Translations under genes and position numbers: made by a program
Notes under the pieces: generated by a model
Told to the model about the DNA's origin: nothing
Database searches by the model: none
Seen by the model: the letters and a program-made list of their open reading frames with translations, nothing else
Assembly (NCBI GenBank): GCA_026770705.1
Contig: JANJGN010000146.1
Span: 930,001-994,000, forward strand
Direction of reading: 5' to 3'
Source: Isurus oxyrinchus
Lineage: Eukaryota
Length of the DNA stretch: 64,000 nucleotides
Part shown: positions 25,751 through 39,350 of the stretch, in pieces
How positions within the stretch are numbered: the stretch's first letter is position 1
How the letters are laid out: each line of letters starts with the position of its first letter

Positions 25751-27249
25751 CTTTTAGTTTCTTTGATCTGGGTGCTGCATGACTGCTTGAACCCCTTATG
25801 AAGACAACTGCAGATAGTACGTCCACACCATGAAAAGCTGCCTATTCTTTAAGGATTTCACACTGGCAGATTTGGCCTCTTTATGCAGACATGGATTATC
25901 CAGTGAATTGTAATTATTGTTTACCCACTACACAAATCCATGCTTCCCCACATCAACTATTATTACTGAAACTAAAAGAAAACACGAGTTACCAGATTGG
26001 CTAGTCACAACACTTGATATCATGCGAATTGTCAAAACTAGCATGAATTACGTCTTGATTGAAAGAATAAAACGAGGGCTGAGAGTTAAAATTTCGCATC
26101 AGGTTTTGGAAAATTCACGTGTCCACTGGTCGAGAACAGCTATAGAGGCGGAGATTAGAAGTGAAGGAAAGGGGTGAGATGGGCTGTGCTAATGCACAAT
26201 GCACAAAAATTTAACTGACTAAAGATGGTGGTGTAAGGCTGAATATGGGTTGCAATGGGACAGATGTTTCTGCTTGCTGTTTACACAGATACACACATTA
26301 CTCCTGATCAACCAATCACAACTGACCTTCGAAAACAGCACTCCAGTCCGGAGTTGTTTCTTCACTGCAACATATGGTGCAACTCCGCCAGGTTTACAAC
26401 TCGTTTTGTGTTGCAAAGTGGAGAGTGCCTAATTTCCAAATGAGAATACAAATATTACAACTTTGATTTTAAACATTGAATCATGGAACAGATACTGAGT
26501 ATAGTTGTTTGAATTTGCATGGTATTACTAATGATTGAGTAAAAGTTGTTATACATTTGGATATTTGCTGCACATTGACTCTAACATCCTGAAATTCATT
26601 TCAAGCTGAGGCACCAGGCGGAAACCAACAGTTGTCCTGCTGTAATAACTGGCATGGCGCCTGAGTCTAAATATTAAAACCTTCCAAGCATTCTGGTAGA
26701 TCAGTGCTGGCCTGCTTCTAGACCAATGTTTATCATTTCTAATGTTCTGTTCCCAGAACTATACAAGTATTCCAGCATGTAATCTAACCAGGGATTTGTA
26801 TAGCTGTAGCAAAGCTTTTCTCCTTTTCTGTTACAGCCTCAGTTCACGGTACAATAAATAGACTTACATTGTGCATATCCATTCAGAGTAACGAAAACCA
26901 TCTTGATCAGAAAAAAACGACTTTTGGCTCTTTGGTATGAATTCAATTGCATGCTTAAACACTGCATATGTCAAAAACTGTTTAAGAATCACAAGCCCAA
27001 CTCTTCGTGTCTTTCCATCAGGAAAGTTTGTTTATTCAGGCAATCTGTGCGAGCACGCCGCAGAAAATCCTTCAAAATTGGTCAATTACTTGCAAGAAGA
27101 TATGGAGCCCAACACATGTGGTCATTCAACGTATTTGACCAAAGCATCATTTACTCCGTCAATGTTAGAGTCGGATATCAATACTTCGTCACAATTAGGC
27201 ACAATATCAGTTAAAAAGTCAAAGGGTAAAGTGATGCTTCTGTAACAGT

Positions 27250-27910
27250 TTTTTTATTCATTCATGGATGTGGGTGTCCCAGGTTCAGTCAGCATTTAAT
27301 GCCCACCCGTAATTGCCCTTGAGAACATGGTGTTAATGAGCTTCTTTCTTGAACTGCTGTGATCCATGTAGTGTAGGTACACCTATGTTCTGTTAGGGAG
27401 GGAGTTCCAGGATATTGACCCAGAGACATTGAAGGAACAGCGACATATTTCCAAGTCAGTATGATGAGTGACTTGGAGGGGAAATTCCAGTTGTTGGAGT
27501 TCCCATATATCTGCTGCCCTTGTCATTCAAGAAGGTAGTGGCCGTAAGTTTGGAAGGTGCTGTCTAAGGTGAATTCCTGCAGTGCATCTTGTAGATGGCA
27601 AATAGTGCTGCCACTGTGCACCGGTGGTGGAGGGAGTGAATATTTGTGGATGGGGGGGTCAATCCCGCGGGTTGCTTTGTCCTGGATGGTGTCAAGCTTC
27701 GTGAGTGTTGTTGGAGCAGCACTCATCCAGGCAAGTGGGAAGTATTTAATTACACTCTTGACTTGCACCAAGAGCAAGTGGGCCACCTGGTGGGCAGGCT
27801 TTGGGGAATCAGGAGCTGAGTTAATCGACACAGGATACCTAGCCTCTTACCTGCTCTTGTAGCCACAGTGTTTAGATGGCTAGCCCAGTTCAATTTCTAG
27901 TCAATGGATG
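27250..27910 (-). mobile_element. LINE 3' fragment (same family as 3115-4260)
   Basis: ORF 27523-27831 KSVIKYFPLAWMSAAPTTLTKLDTIQDKA. 3' tail atccatgaatgaataaaaaaa on the minus strand. Confidence 0.85.
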
Positions 27911-27919
27911 TGTCAGGGG

Positions 27920-29085
27920 AAGAGTAGATCAGGATTCGAAAAGCCGGCGTGAGGTAGGATGCTTTGAACTGACAGAATGTGTAAGGTGTTGTGAACAGTT
28001 GACGTAGTGTAACTTGTGTCAGGAGTAGGTTTCGTTGGCAGTTGAGGAATGGTCGGGCTTGTAGTCTAGTTCAAGTGGGGCAGGATTGTTCGGGCGTGAA
28101 ATGGTCGGGCGGGTTGGCTGGTTCAGGCTGTCTGTTAGGTCGGGGAGGTAGAGTGGGTAGTATAGGTCCAGTGGGTTAGAATAGTCCAGACTGTAGGATA
28201 GTCCTTGAAGGCAGGATGGGTTGAGGGGGGAAGGTTGGGCTAGGAGAATTGGATGATTCAGGGTAGGATACTTGGAGTGTGTATGATGGGTTGGAGGTAG
28301 GACGGGGCGAGTGGGGTTGGGTGTGCCAGTCTGGATGGTTGGATCAAGGGTAGAATGGTGGAGCGTGGTAGGATGATTCAGTGATGTAATCTGTGGCTGG
28401 CTGGTTGGATGAGTTGAGTGGGGCAGTATGGGTCAGGGGCATAGGATGGTCCCGGGTTTAGGGTAGGTGGAATGGGATAGGGAGGATCGGGTGGTAGCAT
28501 CGTTCAGGGGAATAGGATACGTTGGGATTAGGATAGGTGGAGTGGGTAGGATGGGTCGGAGGGTGTAGAATTAGTCCAGGGGTATTTTGTGTCTGCGGGT
28601 GTCAGTCGAGGCGTGGGTGAGACGATTTGTGGAGGGAGGAATAATAGGGTGATGTTTTTTTAGTCGGGTTACTCACAGGGGTGGGGTTGTAGTCTGGGGT
28701 AGGAAGGTAGTCGGGCTGTCAGGAGGATAATCAGGGCAACCGAGTGAGGAATGGTGGAGGGGAATATTTGGAGTCAAGTGGGGAATTGGGAAGTAGGAAA
28801 TTATTTCAAATCCCCTAACTTTTCCTGGATACCTATTCTGCTAAGAGTGGTGGAGCTACGTATGTTCTGCAATTTAAATTTGATGTCCAGATGATTCCAA
28901 GGCATCCAGGATAATTTCCCATCGGAAGTTTGAAGTTCCTGTGCAATATCTTTGTAATGTTTACATGAGAAATTCCTGTGGGGGCCCCGGGTGCATCTTC
29001 TGGGGCACTCACCATGCACAACCCCTCCCACCCCCACGTACCGAATTCGGAAGTTCGGTGCGAATGAAAATGGTTCCCTGAATAT
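27920..29085 (+). mobile_element. G-rich interspersed repeat, third copy of the 21930-23710 family
   Basis: G-rich tract followed by tttcctggatacctattctgctaag (about 28820-28845), which matches the reverse complement of about 22938-22963. Confidence 0.55.
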
Positions 29086-29089
29086 AGTC

Positions 29090-29335
29090 TGCTCTGCCCC
29101 TAAATACAATGCACTCTGCCCTGTAAATGGAATGATCTCTGTCCCCTAATACAATTTTCACTGTCCCCTAAAACAATGACCACTGTACCATAATCATAAT
29201 GATCACTGGCTGCTAAATACAATCTTTGAATGTCCCCTAACTACAATGATCATCTTCTCCTAAATTCAATTATTAACGTCCCCTGAATGCAATCTTCACT
29301 GTCCCCTAAAAATAATGTTGATTCACCCATAAATT
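29090..29335. repeat. ~23-bp minisatellite (about 10 copies)
   Basis: Unit approximately CTGTCCCCTAAATACAATGATCA. Confidence 0.8.
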
Positions 29336-30759
29336 GAACAATGCGCTCTCTGCAGGGAACATTTGTCAGAGGTCCGCAAGGGATTATTTAGAAGTTTACT
29401 AGAAAAGCATCATATTACCGCTGCTTTAAATGTTATTTATAGATAATTATTTTAAAATAGACTCTGCACAGTCACAGGCCCCTGTGTATTGTACCCAGTT
29501 CGGTGAGTATGTTTTTGTCAAGGAGCTGGTGATGCGATTGATAACTTCCAGCGTTTTTTCTTTTTGTTTCTTTACGAGATTTTCAGATTTATTTCCATGT
29601 TACATAGTTGCCTTTGAATTACTTTCATCTTTTTCAGCTTGTGATTACTGGCTCTAATGACTTAATTACAGTATCACTTTTTACAACCAACGCTTTGTTC
29701 AAATAACTTAAGTGTAAAAATTACAGTAATCAGGGATACAAGCACATCATTAAACCTAGATGAGATACGGACCAAGGTGTGGCTTAAGACAGAGCAATTC
29801 TATTTCATTGAGTTATTAACCTCTGTTTGCTTTTCTACATATAATTTCCAATCCCTGTTTTGTAGACTCCGGCCGATCATAGAAAACACACTAATTTAAA
29901 TCATGAAGTCTTCTTAATTTCACAAAGTTCAAATGAGCATGTAATTAAGAAAATACTTTGAAATGGAAGTCGATCTGTAAGTTTACTAAGCTAGATATCG
30001 GGCATTGTTGTTTACGTGTCGTCTCAGAGGTGAAACATAATTGTTACATGTAACTGCTAACCAGACCTCCACTTTAATAGCAATTTCTCAAAATGCACAA
30101 ATCCAACCAAGAGGATAATTACTTTTTATTTTAAGTTTCAGCTTCTTGTTCCATCGCCAGAACTCTCGTTTTTAAATTTTTTTTTATGTATTTGTAACAA
30201 AGTGTGACACATGTTTTGTGATGGGTGTCCTGCAACAGAAGTGCATCGGTTCCAAGACTAACAGCAAATATGCAAACGGAAATGGTAGGTTGTTTGATAG
30301 TGACAGAGAAACTAACCAATCAATATGGACATTCATTTTGAGTGGAAAGGTTCGTCTCTTTTAAAGATAACAAGTTTATTTAATGTCAGGAGATCTAATT
30401 GTTCTAAATAAACATCAAAGAGGTATTTGAACTTAATCATTATTTAATTGTCACTGGGCCAGTTTGGTGCAGGTCACTTTCTAGTTGTGGACAAAAACGC
30501 CCAACACTTTAAGATTTTTTTTTTCGCGGTATGGCCGAACCTAACTCTGAATGGTGTTAGAAACCTGGAATATTGGCGGAACGGTACGATTCAAAATATG
30601 ATTATGTCAGCCTGTTGCCTGAATGCTCTCTGGGGCAGATCTCATGCATCCACATTTGTGTGAAGAAGACTTTACAGGATCGACAGAGCTAACTGCCTTT
30701 TTGTTGTTTCTGGTGCTTAGCTCGATGCCGGGTGATCCATCGGTTCTATTTTCAAACAT

Positions 30760-31100
30760 TTTCTCCCGCTTGCTAGGCCAGTTAAGGGGGAAGTTGTCAC
30801 TCCACTGCATCTCCCTGGGCGTAGCATCACATAGAGGCCAAACTTGGGAAAGACAACTGAATTCCTTCATGAAAGTAAATGAATGAAACGGATTGTGCTA
30901 ATTCATGAGAATTCTGTAGTTTCATGGTCATCATTCATAATTGCTCTTTTTTAATTTTCAGCTTACTTTCGTGAACTGAATTTATGTTCATCAGTTGACA
31001 TGGTGGGATGTAAATTTTCGTCCCTGAATCACTAACCTTGCCTTCAGATTTACTAGTCCATGAACCTGACCACTATTCCAACATACATCAAGGCAATTGT
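30760..31100 (-). mobile_element. tRNA-derived SINE (degenerate)
   Basis: Shares tttcatggtcatcat, catggtgggat and tactagtcca segments with the 19670 and 49085 SINE family. Confidence 0.55.
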
Positions 31101-31485
31101 CTACCAACGAGATATAGAGACTAGGGTTCAATTGAAAATATCAAAACTGAGATTGATAGGATTTGGTACCAACTGCTTTAAACTAAGGTGTCCAAATGGA
31201 GACATTCTGCATATTAGCAATGCACTAATTGAAGGACAGGGAAGATTCCCGGACCAGAATATCCTTCTCCTTTTGCTATGGGTCAACAACTTCGGGATAG
31301 GATCCAAAATTGCACTGGTAAATGCAGAACTGAAACCAGAAACCAGCTATAGTCAGCAATTTCTGCAAAGCAGCGAGAAGGGAACAAGGAGGCATAGAAC
31401 AGCGCCAAGCAGATTGGAAAAATGGTCGCCAGTATAGTAAGTATGACTATATTTCAATAGTTAGTGTGACAGCAAAAAGAATGTG

Positions 31486-31915
31486 ATGCACACTGGACAG
31501 AGAGTGCTCCAATGCAATGGATGTGGACAACGTTTTAACTAGTTAGCACAATATGAATAAATAAACGCATCGCACCATTCACAGTGGGGAGAGGTCTTGC
31601 ACGTTTTCAATGACTGGACGAAGTTTCAACAAATCATCCAACCTCAGTAGCACAAGGATGCGGTATACTGCGAAACATTGCAAATGAGGACACTGTAGGA
31701 CGGGACGCGCTTCCTCAGCCTGCCTGCAAATTAATCGTTATATTCCCACTGAGAAGAAGTTGTTCACATGCTGCATGGAGTAGGGAAGATGTTAACAGTT
31801 GTTTCTTCTTCTCGCAGTCCGTTATGTTCAAGAGGTAGACGTAGGAAAAACCTTTCAAATGATATGTAGTTGGCGAGTGACTCAGTCGTGCATTTCAATT
31901 GCTGACAGATGAGTG
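31486..31915 (+). pseudogene. Decayed C2H2 (Kruppel-type) zinc-finger array
   Basis: MHTGQRVLQCNGCGQRFN*..THRTIHSGERSCTFSMTGRSFNKSSNL..HKD..IPTEKKLFTC..EKPFK. HTGE-type linkers, with stops and frameshifts. Confidence 0.75.
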
Positions 31916-33030
31916 AAATTTCAAGTAGCAGCAGAATTTCAATTATGTTCTTACTAATGATGTTAATCACATCTGGGGTTATTTAATAATCTGGACAAAG
32001 GGCATATAAAGCGAAGGCTAATGCATCAGTTTCCACCTCGACATTGAAAGACCTTTCGAGGTAAAACAAATAATTACTTTCTTACTCACGCTCTTCCGCT
32101 GGCAACAGTGACAAATATTGAGACCTGTGCCGCATTTTGCATTTGGGGAGCAGGAGAACTGCCATACCCCAAGCGCATGTGCAGTACTCACCCGAGATTG
32201 GGATAATGATCTGTTGCAATGAGTAGCCAATAACTTCTCTGGCGTGAGATTTTGTGGCTATCAGGATGGCAAGAAATGTGTTTGTGCATGGTCAGTGGGG
32301 AGCGGCAGTGCTGTAAAGTGTGGCGAGTCATTCAAAAGCTCATTGGCTTTGGCAGAACCAAACAATCTCGCCGCCGAGAGGGGCCATAAAATTTTGAATT
32401 TGCCATTACATTTGATGAGTTATTTTTAATAATTCTGTTGTTCACGATTGATGCCCGTTGAAAATAAGACACTGTTGTTAGACTCGATTTATGCTGTTTG
32501 ATAACACTGGAAATGTCATCGTAATTGTCCGATTGAAAGTGTAGAAGGCGAATTACTGTTGTTCATTTTTTCCTGCCCCTTATTCCTATGTTTAATGACA
32601 AGGGTTAGCGAGTGTGAAGCGGTGACTAGTGAGTTGAGAACAATGCATGGGAGCAGCATTTGTTACCGTTTCAGAACGCCTTTTACCTATAAGGTATAAA
32701 CTACACAAAGCAATAACATTGAGGTTCCTCCCTTAAATTGTTAAATTTTGGTATCCAATATCAGATCTAAGCCGGACTCTCTGTCTCCCACATGGATTTC
32801 CAAGGCCCTGAGGGCTGGTAGGGATGTACCAGGCCCCTGCTAGCACGAGGAAGACAACTAAAAACTAACAGGGAGCAGGCAACATTCTTTATACATTGTT
32901 AAATTCACACGGAGGAAAAGGGACTCAAAGAAAATGACGCTGCTTCCGGGAGACAAAACTTTTGTGTGAGATAAACAAAAGCAGCAATGGATGGAACACA
33001 CATTATGACTCATGTTGAATTTTATTGTTA

Positions 33031-33941
33031 TCATCTTTTAAATAATTTAACAAGCAGGTTCAGTGGGAATTTCACACCATTCTTTAACTCTTCTCTGAAT
33101 TTACTCTGGGTCCCTACATAAATAAACGGATTGATGCAAGAATTCAGGAGCTGAAGCATACGTGCGCTTTCCTCCATAAGAAAATTTGATTCGTTGAAAT
33201 TGGTAGAGTCTGCATAGCTGAGATTCGCAATTCGGACATAGAGGAAGTTTATAAGTCTTAACAAATGTAACAGGATGAAACTGCCCGAGATACAGAAGAG
33301 CAAAACCATGGATTTCCTTCTCTTCTGCATCTCTGGATCACTTTGATTCTCTCCATTGCTCTGGATCCGGAGTCTCCTGCGGGCTCGACTGGCCGCTACA
33401 ATGTGTCTGATGGTCAGAGCATTGAGCAGTAAAATAAGGAAGAAGGAGAGGCAAAGGGTTAAAACGGCGATTATGCTTTCATAAGCGACCCATTCAGGTG
33501 CCGTATAAAATATTGATTTTGAATTGCATTGCCAGGGTATATTGTCAATTATAAAGGCAGGCTCACACATAAAATACAAGGGAATGCTTTTAACGCAGTT
33601 AAGTACAGAGACAGTTCCTATCACCACAGCCGCCATTTTCTCAGTGCAATATTTAATTTTCAGCTTCTGGCAGCAAATGGCTACAAATCGGTCAAAGGTG
33701 AAAGCCACTGTTACCCAGACAGAAGAATCGATGACTCCATAATTTAGCACAAGTCTGAGGCTGAAGACCGGAGTGATGGCCAGGAGACTGAACGGGAAAT
33801 AAATACCTATAATCCGGTTTAATATCACAACTGTGATCCCGACAAGAAGATCCGTCACGGCCATGGACATCAAGTAGTAAGTAATACATTTGGAGAGACC
33901 GCATCTTCCTCGAGTCAGTATCACAATCACGACCAGATTAG
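33031..33941 (-). CDS. GPR139-like GPCR gene 3, exon 2 (spliced product 326 aa)
   Basis: Acceptor gtcacag|CT AAT CTG. Motifs SMAVTDLL, FTFDRFVAICCQKLK, DPEMQKRRKS, NPFIY. 911 nt, the same length as gene 2 exon 2. Confidence 0.94.
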
Positions 33942-35187
33942 CTGTGACAGCGAAACGCAGCCAGCGAATAGCCAATTTTGAGAAAGAAATTTAGAACATA
34001 AAATGTTGGAAATTCTCAGTCAGGCAGCAGTTGAAAAGAGAGGAACAAGTTAGCATGTCAGAAAGATGATCTGGAGGAAAATATCCTAAAACACAGCAAT
34101 CTGTTCTGTACTGTTAGCAACACTAAGGGCTAACTCAAGGTGAGCATTGAACATCCTGCATTGTGACCCTGAAATACAGTCAATGTTGTTCTCATTCAAC
34201 GTTTAGAGACGGGAAAATATAACAATACTCTGAAACATTGGAAAATCGAAGGTTAACAAATACATTATAGAGCTTGAAAAAAGTTCAGCAAAAAAAAAAC
34301 TACTACTTAACTGAAAAGTAGATGAAGGAGATGTGATGCATCTGAGTTGTAACAATTAGAAGTTAAAGGAACAAGGCTTCACAGCCACGAGTAAAGCTAA
34401 TCATGCTTACTATGGCTCAGTTTACAGCAATCTCACTTTTTAGTCAAAAGGTTTAGCGTTCAAGCCCAACTGTTGGACTTCAGCAACATTGCACTGCCGG
34501 ATATGCTACATTTCAGCTAAAACAAAAGACTGAGGACCGGTAGTGAATACAAAATCTTACTTAAGAAATTGCTGTTATTCACATTCCAGCGCAAGGAGCA
34601 ATATATGCACATGGCAAAGTGAGGTAATTCAACAGCTGTGTCAATAACACCATAGAGCTACATTTACAGCGTGATAAATCAGCCATGGTGACAGTGTCAA
34701 TAATACAATTGATTTACATTGCACTGTGATATTAGTGTGCTAAATACTTCGCCCACATTAATAATGACAATAACAACATCTAATTATGTTTAGACTGAGA
34801 GGCGGCACTGCTAAGTTGGGAGAAAAGATTTAGTTAAAGAGATGAAACGGCATTGGTGAAGCAAACATAGTAATCCCTGAAATGGAAGTAAGTATAGTGG
34901 CAATGGGAAGAAACTGTTCTCGTGAAGGGGAGAAATTGTAGCCTTAAAGTGGAGAAAAGAGACCAGTAATGACCAGTAATATTGCAAGGAAAGGGAAGGT
35001 TTAATCTCATTTAAAAGAAGAATGCACCAAACGTGGAGATAAGGATACTGCAAAAAAGGGAAAACATTATAAAAAAACAAATTATCCTGTTAATGGGGTG
35101 AACCATAGAGAAGCAGTACAGCTAAATTAAAGAAGTGATAGAGTGAAAAATGATTCTGGTAACTGGTAACTAACCCTAATACTTTAC

Positions 35188-35257
35188 CTGGAATACCGAT
35201 AGCTGCAAGAACGGGATAGTAAATGGCGAACACCAGACCTTTTGGTATCCCATGCAT
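35188..35257 (-). CDS. GPR139-like GPCR gene 3, exon 1
   Basis: 70-nt phase-1 exon MHGIPKGLVFAIYYPVLAAIGIP G|gtaaag. An alternative in-frame ATG lies at 35264-35266. Confidence 0.92.
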
Positions 35258-35307
35258 TTCTCTCATAAGCTCCAAGTGCGCTCTGTGCTACACCGAAAGA
35301 CTTTTAG

Positions 35308-35369
35308 ATTTATACATGATGTCGGACTCTAGGGAGACAATGAGAAGGTTTGGCTTTTTACATTAATTA
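35308..35369 (-). promoter_or_regulatory. Gene 3 proximal promoter module HD-18-HD-2-O/E-11-TATA
   Basis: Minus strand: TAATTAAT (35362-69), 18 nt, TCATTG (35338-43), tc, TCCCTAGAGT (35326-35), 11 nt, TATAAAT (35308-14). Confidence 0.7.
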
Positions 35370-35649
35370 CACTAACTGAAAAAAAAACATTTTAGTGCAG
35401 CTGCTGCCACGCTCACGTTTATATTTTTGATGGAATGGAATCTGTTTTCAAGTACATTGGCGCGACAGGAGAGTACGGTCTAAGTTGCATTTTTTCCTAA
35501 AATTTAAATAACAAGCCAAATAAGCCATTGTAATTGTGAATGTGAGCACTGTGCACGAGCATCCATGGCTTTAAACCCCGCAGGAAAACATTACAAAGTT
35601 CTCACCCTTGATCATTTTTCAGCCCGTGTGTACACGGATCACGTGTAAT

Positions 35650-37150
35650 GTGGCTCCCTTTCCCTTCTGCAATGAGGAACCAATCAGTAGCCATCCATCA
35701 TCAGCCTCTCTGCCTGCTTGGATGTCAACTCACGACGAAAAGTGTCTCAATTAACTCTGTAAATGAAACACCAATGCTATGGGAATTGGCTTGTGTCCAA
35801 TTTCTGTTTGGCTTTTGGATGGATTTGTAGCAGAATTATTGATCCAGTCCCATTCAAGCACCTCCATCACACTTTTGCCTGGTATATTCATGACCAGATC
35901 AGTATTGATCTCGTTCAACCCCCAAACTGGAAAATGAGGTTACGTTTGCTTTGGAATGTAACCCTTCCCATGCCCTTACTTGCTCCATGTTTGAAATTTA
36001 TATTTTCTTCTGCCACTTTGATGTGGACACATCAGAGGGAATTGGCTATGGCCCAATATTCAACAGAAGCTCACGAACAACCAGCTATCTTGAATACACA
36101 TCCATGCACATCGTTTACTGGAAAGGAACTTTTCTGTTCTCTCAGAATCTCAGTTTCTGCTGAATATGTTCGATTATCCCTTCTAGCTTTCTCCAATAGA
36201 GCATGCAATTACTTCAGCCGAGTATTTCCAGCGCACCGTGGTTGACAGAACACAGCGCCGTGCATGTATCATGTCTCACACTTCTGCTTTCACACCTTCT
36301 CCCCCTCCAAGATCCACAATAGGCTTCTCCTTGCCCTTGCCTACCATTCCACACACCTCCAGTATCATTTGGTCCACCTCTGCATTTTCAAACTCATCCG
36401 GCATGTTGTCACTGCCCAATATGCCCAACTCACTTCTACTATTTAACATTGAGAATGGGTCTTTGCTCCACTCCGCACTTGTCTCCTCCAAAGTCAAACC
36501 AACCCTTCCTTTTCCGAAGAACGTTCCCATGCACGCAATGAACATGCAACGCCAGCTCCTGTCTCCATGCCCTTCTCTCTGTCCTACGTCCCAAACAATG
36601 CTTCTAAATGGAAAATCGATTTGTTTGAACTTCTGTCCATTGAGTATACCCTGTTCGCTGCTCAATATGCCGTCTGCTCTACATTCTGGAGGTTAAATGT
36701 AGATTGGTGATAATTTCTCAGGTACATCCATTCGGTCCACAAGTGTGATCTTCTGGTCACTTGTCACCCTAATTATCTGTTCCATTCTCACTTTGACATG
36801 ACTGTCATTGACCCCTCCTACTGCTCCAAGGAAATGGAACCTGTGCTCCAGGAGTAAAATCTCATATTTCCTTAAGGCACTTTCTAGGCTTTTGGATTTT
36901 CCATAAATTTCAACAATCGTGATCACACCCACTGCATTTTTCTTCCTTCTTTGCTCTTTGTTATTGCGTTGGGAAAACATCTCTTGATTTTGATTCTGTT
37001 ATAAACAGTTTGCCATCTTTTAGACATTCCTCTTCTGCTTTTCCTTGTTCCATTTTGACTTCCACCATCACTGCTTTTGTCATTTGATTTCTCCTGTTTT
37101 CCCATTTACCAGAAGCATCTCCTTTTGAACCTTTTTCCCCCAAAACCGTT
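35650..37150 (+). mobile_element. Probable decayed DIRS/Ngaro (tyrosine-recombinase) retrotransposon
   Basis: Fragments in order resemble DIRS RT/RNase H (CLLGCQL; ICSRIIDP..F; W..RLLWN; VDTSEGIGYGPIF like TDAS..G.GA.F; NYFSR), followed by a YR-like N-terminus (LAYHSTHLQY). Judged by eye and heavily degenerate. Confidence 0.5.
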
Positions 37151-38479
37151 TTTTGCCTCTACACTTACATTAAAACTGTTCCATCTGTAACTTTTGACTG
37201 ATCTGATGAAAGGTCACATGCTGCCGGATATCTTGAGTATTTCCATCGTTTCCTGTTTAATTCCATTTAGGGTATTTATATTCAGTGTAGAAATGTGCAG
37301 CTCGGCACGGTTATATTCACAGTGCACACGCCTGGTTTGGCACGGTTACTTCCATTGTGGACTAGTTCAATTCAGTTAGTGTAGCCATGTCAATCCCGGC
37401 AATAACGAAAGTGCACAGGTGTGTGAATTTACATTTTGTGTGGCAAGATCCAGCTCAGGACGTGTGTGCTTCGTGCTTTCAGTCTAAGCTCAGTCCACTC
37501 ACATTCAGAGAAGACAACCTCCTGTTGAGCATGATTAAATTAATGATGGAGCGCTCCAAATCAACATGGTTATATACCATGTAGAAAGTCCTGTTCAGCT
37601 CGTTAGCAATCACTGTTTAGTGGAAAACCAGTTTAGGGGATTATCACGCTGGTGTGACTGTCCAGTTCAGTAAATTGCATTCACTGCATTCAGGTTAAAT
37701 TGTGCACATCTCCACTCAGTACGAACAGGCCAATTTCTATCCTGTTACACTAAATGTACATGGACGACTTTTTGCCCGATTATTGTCAACTTTGTCCGGT
37801 GGAACACAACTACGTACAATGTGCACAGCCCCGGCTCTGAACACTTTCTTTCTTGCAGTGGAAAATTTCACTTCAGCGTGATTACATTCCATATAGAATA
37901 ATCAATTTCATTACTGCTGTATTCGATGGAGACAGGACTGGCCGAGCATGGTTATGTTTCGTGTAGATTTATGAAAGTCTGCTCGGTGCTAATAAATGTG
38001 TACAAGGACATTTGCATTCAGACTGGACTGGTTTAGTTCTGCATTCTTACTTTTAATTTGAGCTTCTGTGGTTCACTGTGGTGGACAGTCCCAATTGATC
38101 ACTGTGAACCTTTTAATTTCCCAGCAGCTATGCTTCGTGTGCAGATGTCTTGATCAGTGAGGTTACATTCAATTTGCGTAATTGCAGTTCTGGAGCATGA
38201 TTTTCAGTGCAAGACTGATCTCGGCCGGAGAGATTTTATTCATTGTGATTTTCCACGACAAAATCTAGGTCTATTGTTACTGATAAAGGAAGGTTCATAG
38301 GCAAAAGTACCAGGGGATGAGGAGGTTCTGGAGACTTTGGAATTGTCTTCTCCAGAAAACAAGAGACGGCAGGGGCAATAAATATATTCAAGGCATAGTT
38401 AGACAAATTATTGATCGACAAGAGATCCGATGGTTACTCAGTCTGGCAGGAAAACGGAGTTAAAGCCAGGATTACATCA

Positions 38480-39350
38480 GTCATGAACTCCGATGGGTAT
38501 TACACAGCGTTGACAACAAAATGCATCTTAGGAGAATTGAATGGAGCAGTTAACAGCAGCAACAGAGTTAAAAGTGCTCTTCATAACAGTTAATCGATTG
38601 CAACTATTTGATAAATTTACGAATAAACATGTGGAGGGTAAACAAAAATATGGAAAAATACATACCACTATCATTTATAGTTTCACGCCAATTAGAAAAT
38701 ATGCTGATCTGTAATGGTTAAGCTCAAATCGCCACAAAACAACACCCTCCCACAAATTATATTCCTTCTCCCACAGTTTGCTCTTTCAGTTATCCAACAA
38801 CAACCCTTCGCAATGTCCTCTTCTTAACCAAAATATTTACTGTATCACATGGCTTATTTTTGGCAGCACTTTGGATACAAAACTTACTGTTGCTTCCTTT
38901 TGAGCCTTCTAAATACGGTGAAAAGCTGAGACCCAAATACAAATCGTGCGAATCAGCTGTCACCCCTGTCAATTGAACTGTATTCACATTACCGATCAAC
39001 AAATTAAATGAGCTTTGTACATACCACAGCCATCGCGAGTTAAATTTATGTCGATATCAATTTAAATTAACATCTAGGCATGTAAAATAAATGACCTGTT
39101 TAACTAAGAAATTCTGGTTTTAATGACATTATTGAAGTAACAATTAAACTACATTGTGCAGCATTTGTATCATTACCAAAACGTCCGTCAACACAAGACA
39201 CAGAAATCGCGGACACGCATAGAACCATCTTGAATGTTTTGCTGTTGGAGGACAGCCAAACATCCGGAGAAGCTAGACAGTAAACATCTGACCCTCATGC
39301 TTCACAGTTGAACAAACATTGAAAAGACCTAATTCCGGGAAAAAAAACGT
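38480..39350 (+). repeat. ~870-bp direct duplication, copy 1
   Basis: Colinear with 40355-41240, e.g. ccactatcatttatagtttcacgc and ttggatacaaaacttactgttgcttc. Confidence 0.92.

Noticed and set aside
25900-27245. Possible decayed Ig-superfamily V-C-TM gene on the minus strand (SITLP.DF, NFPDG..RRVGL, LLVSVIIV)
   Set aside because: The canonical Cys and Trp residues are not recoverable and there are multiple stops. It cannot be supported without blastx.
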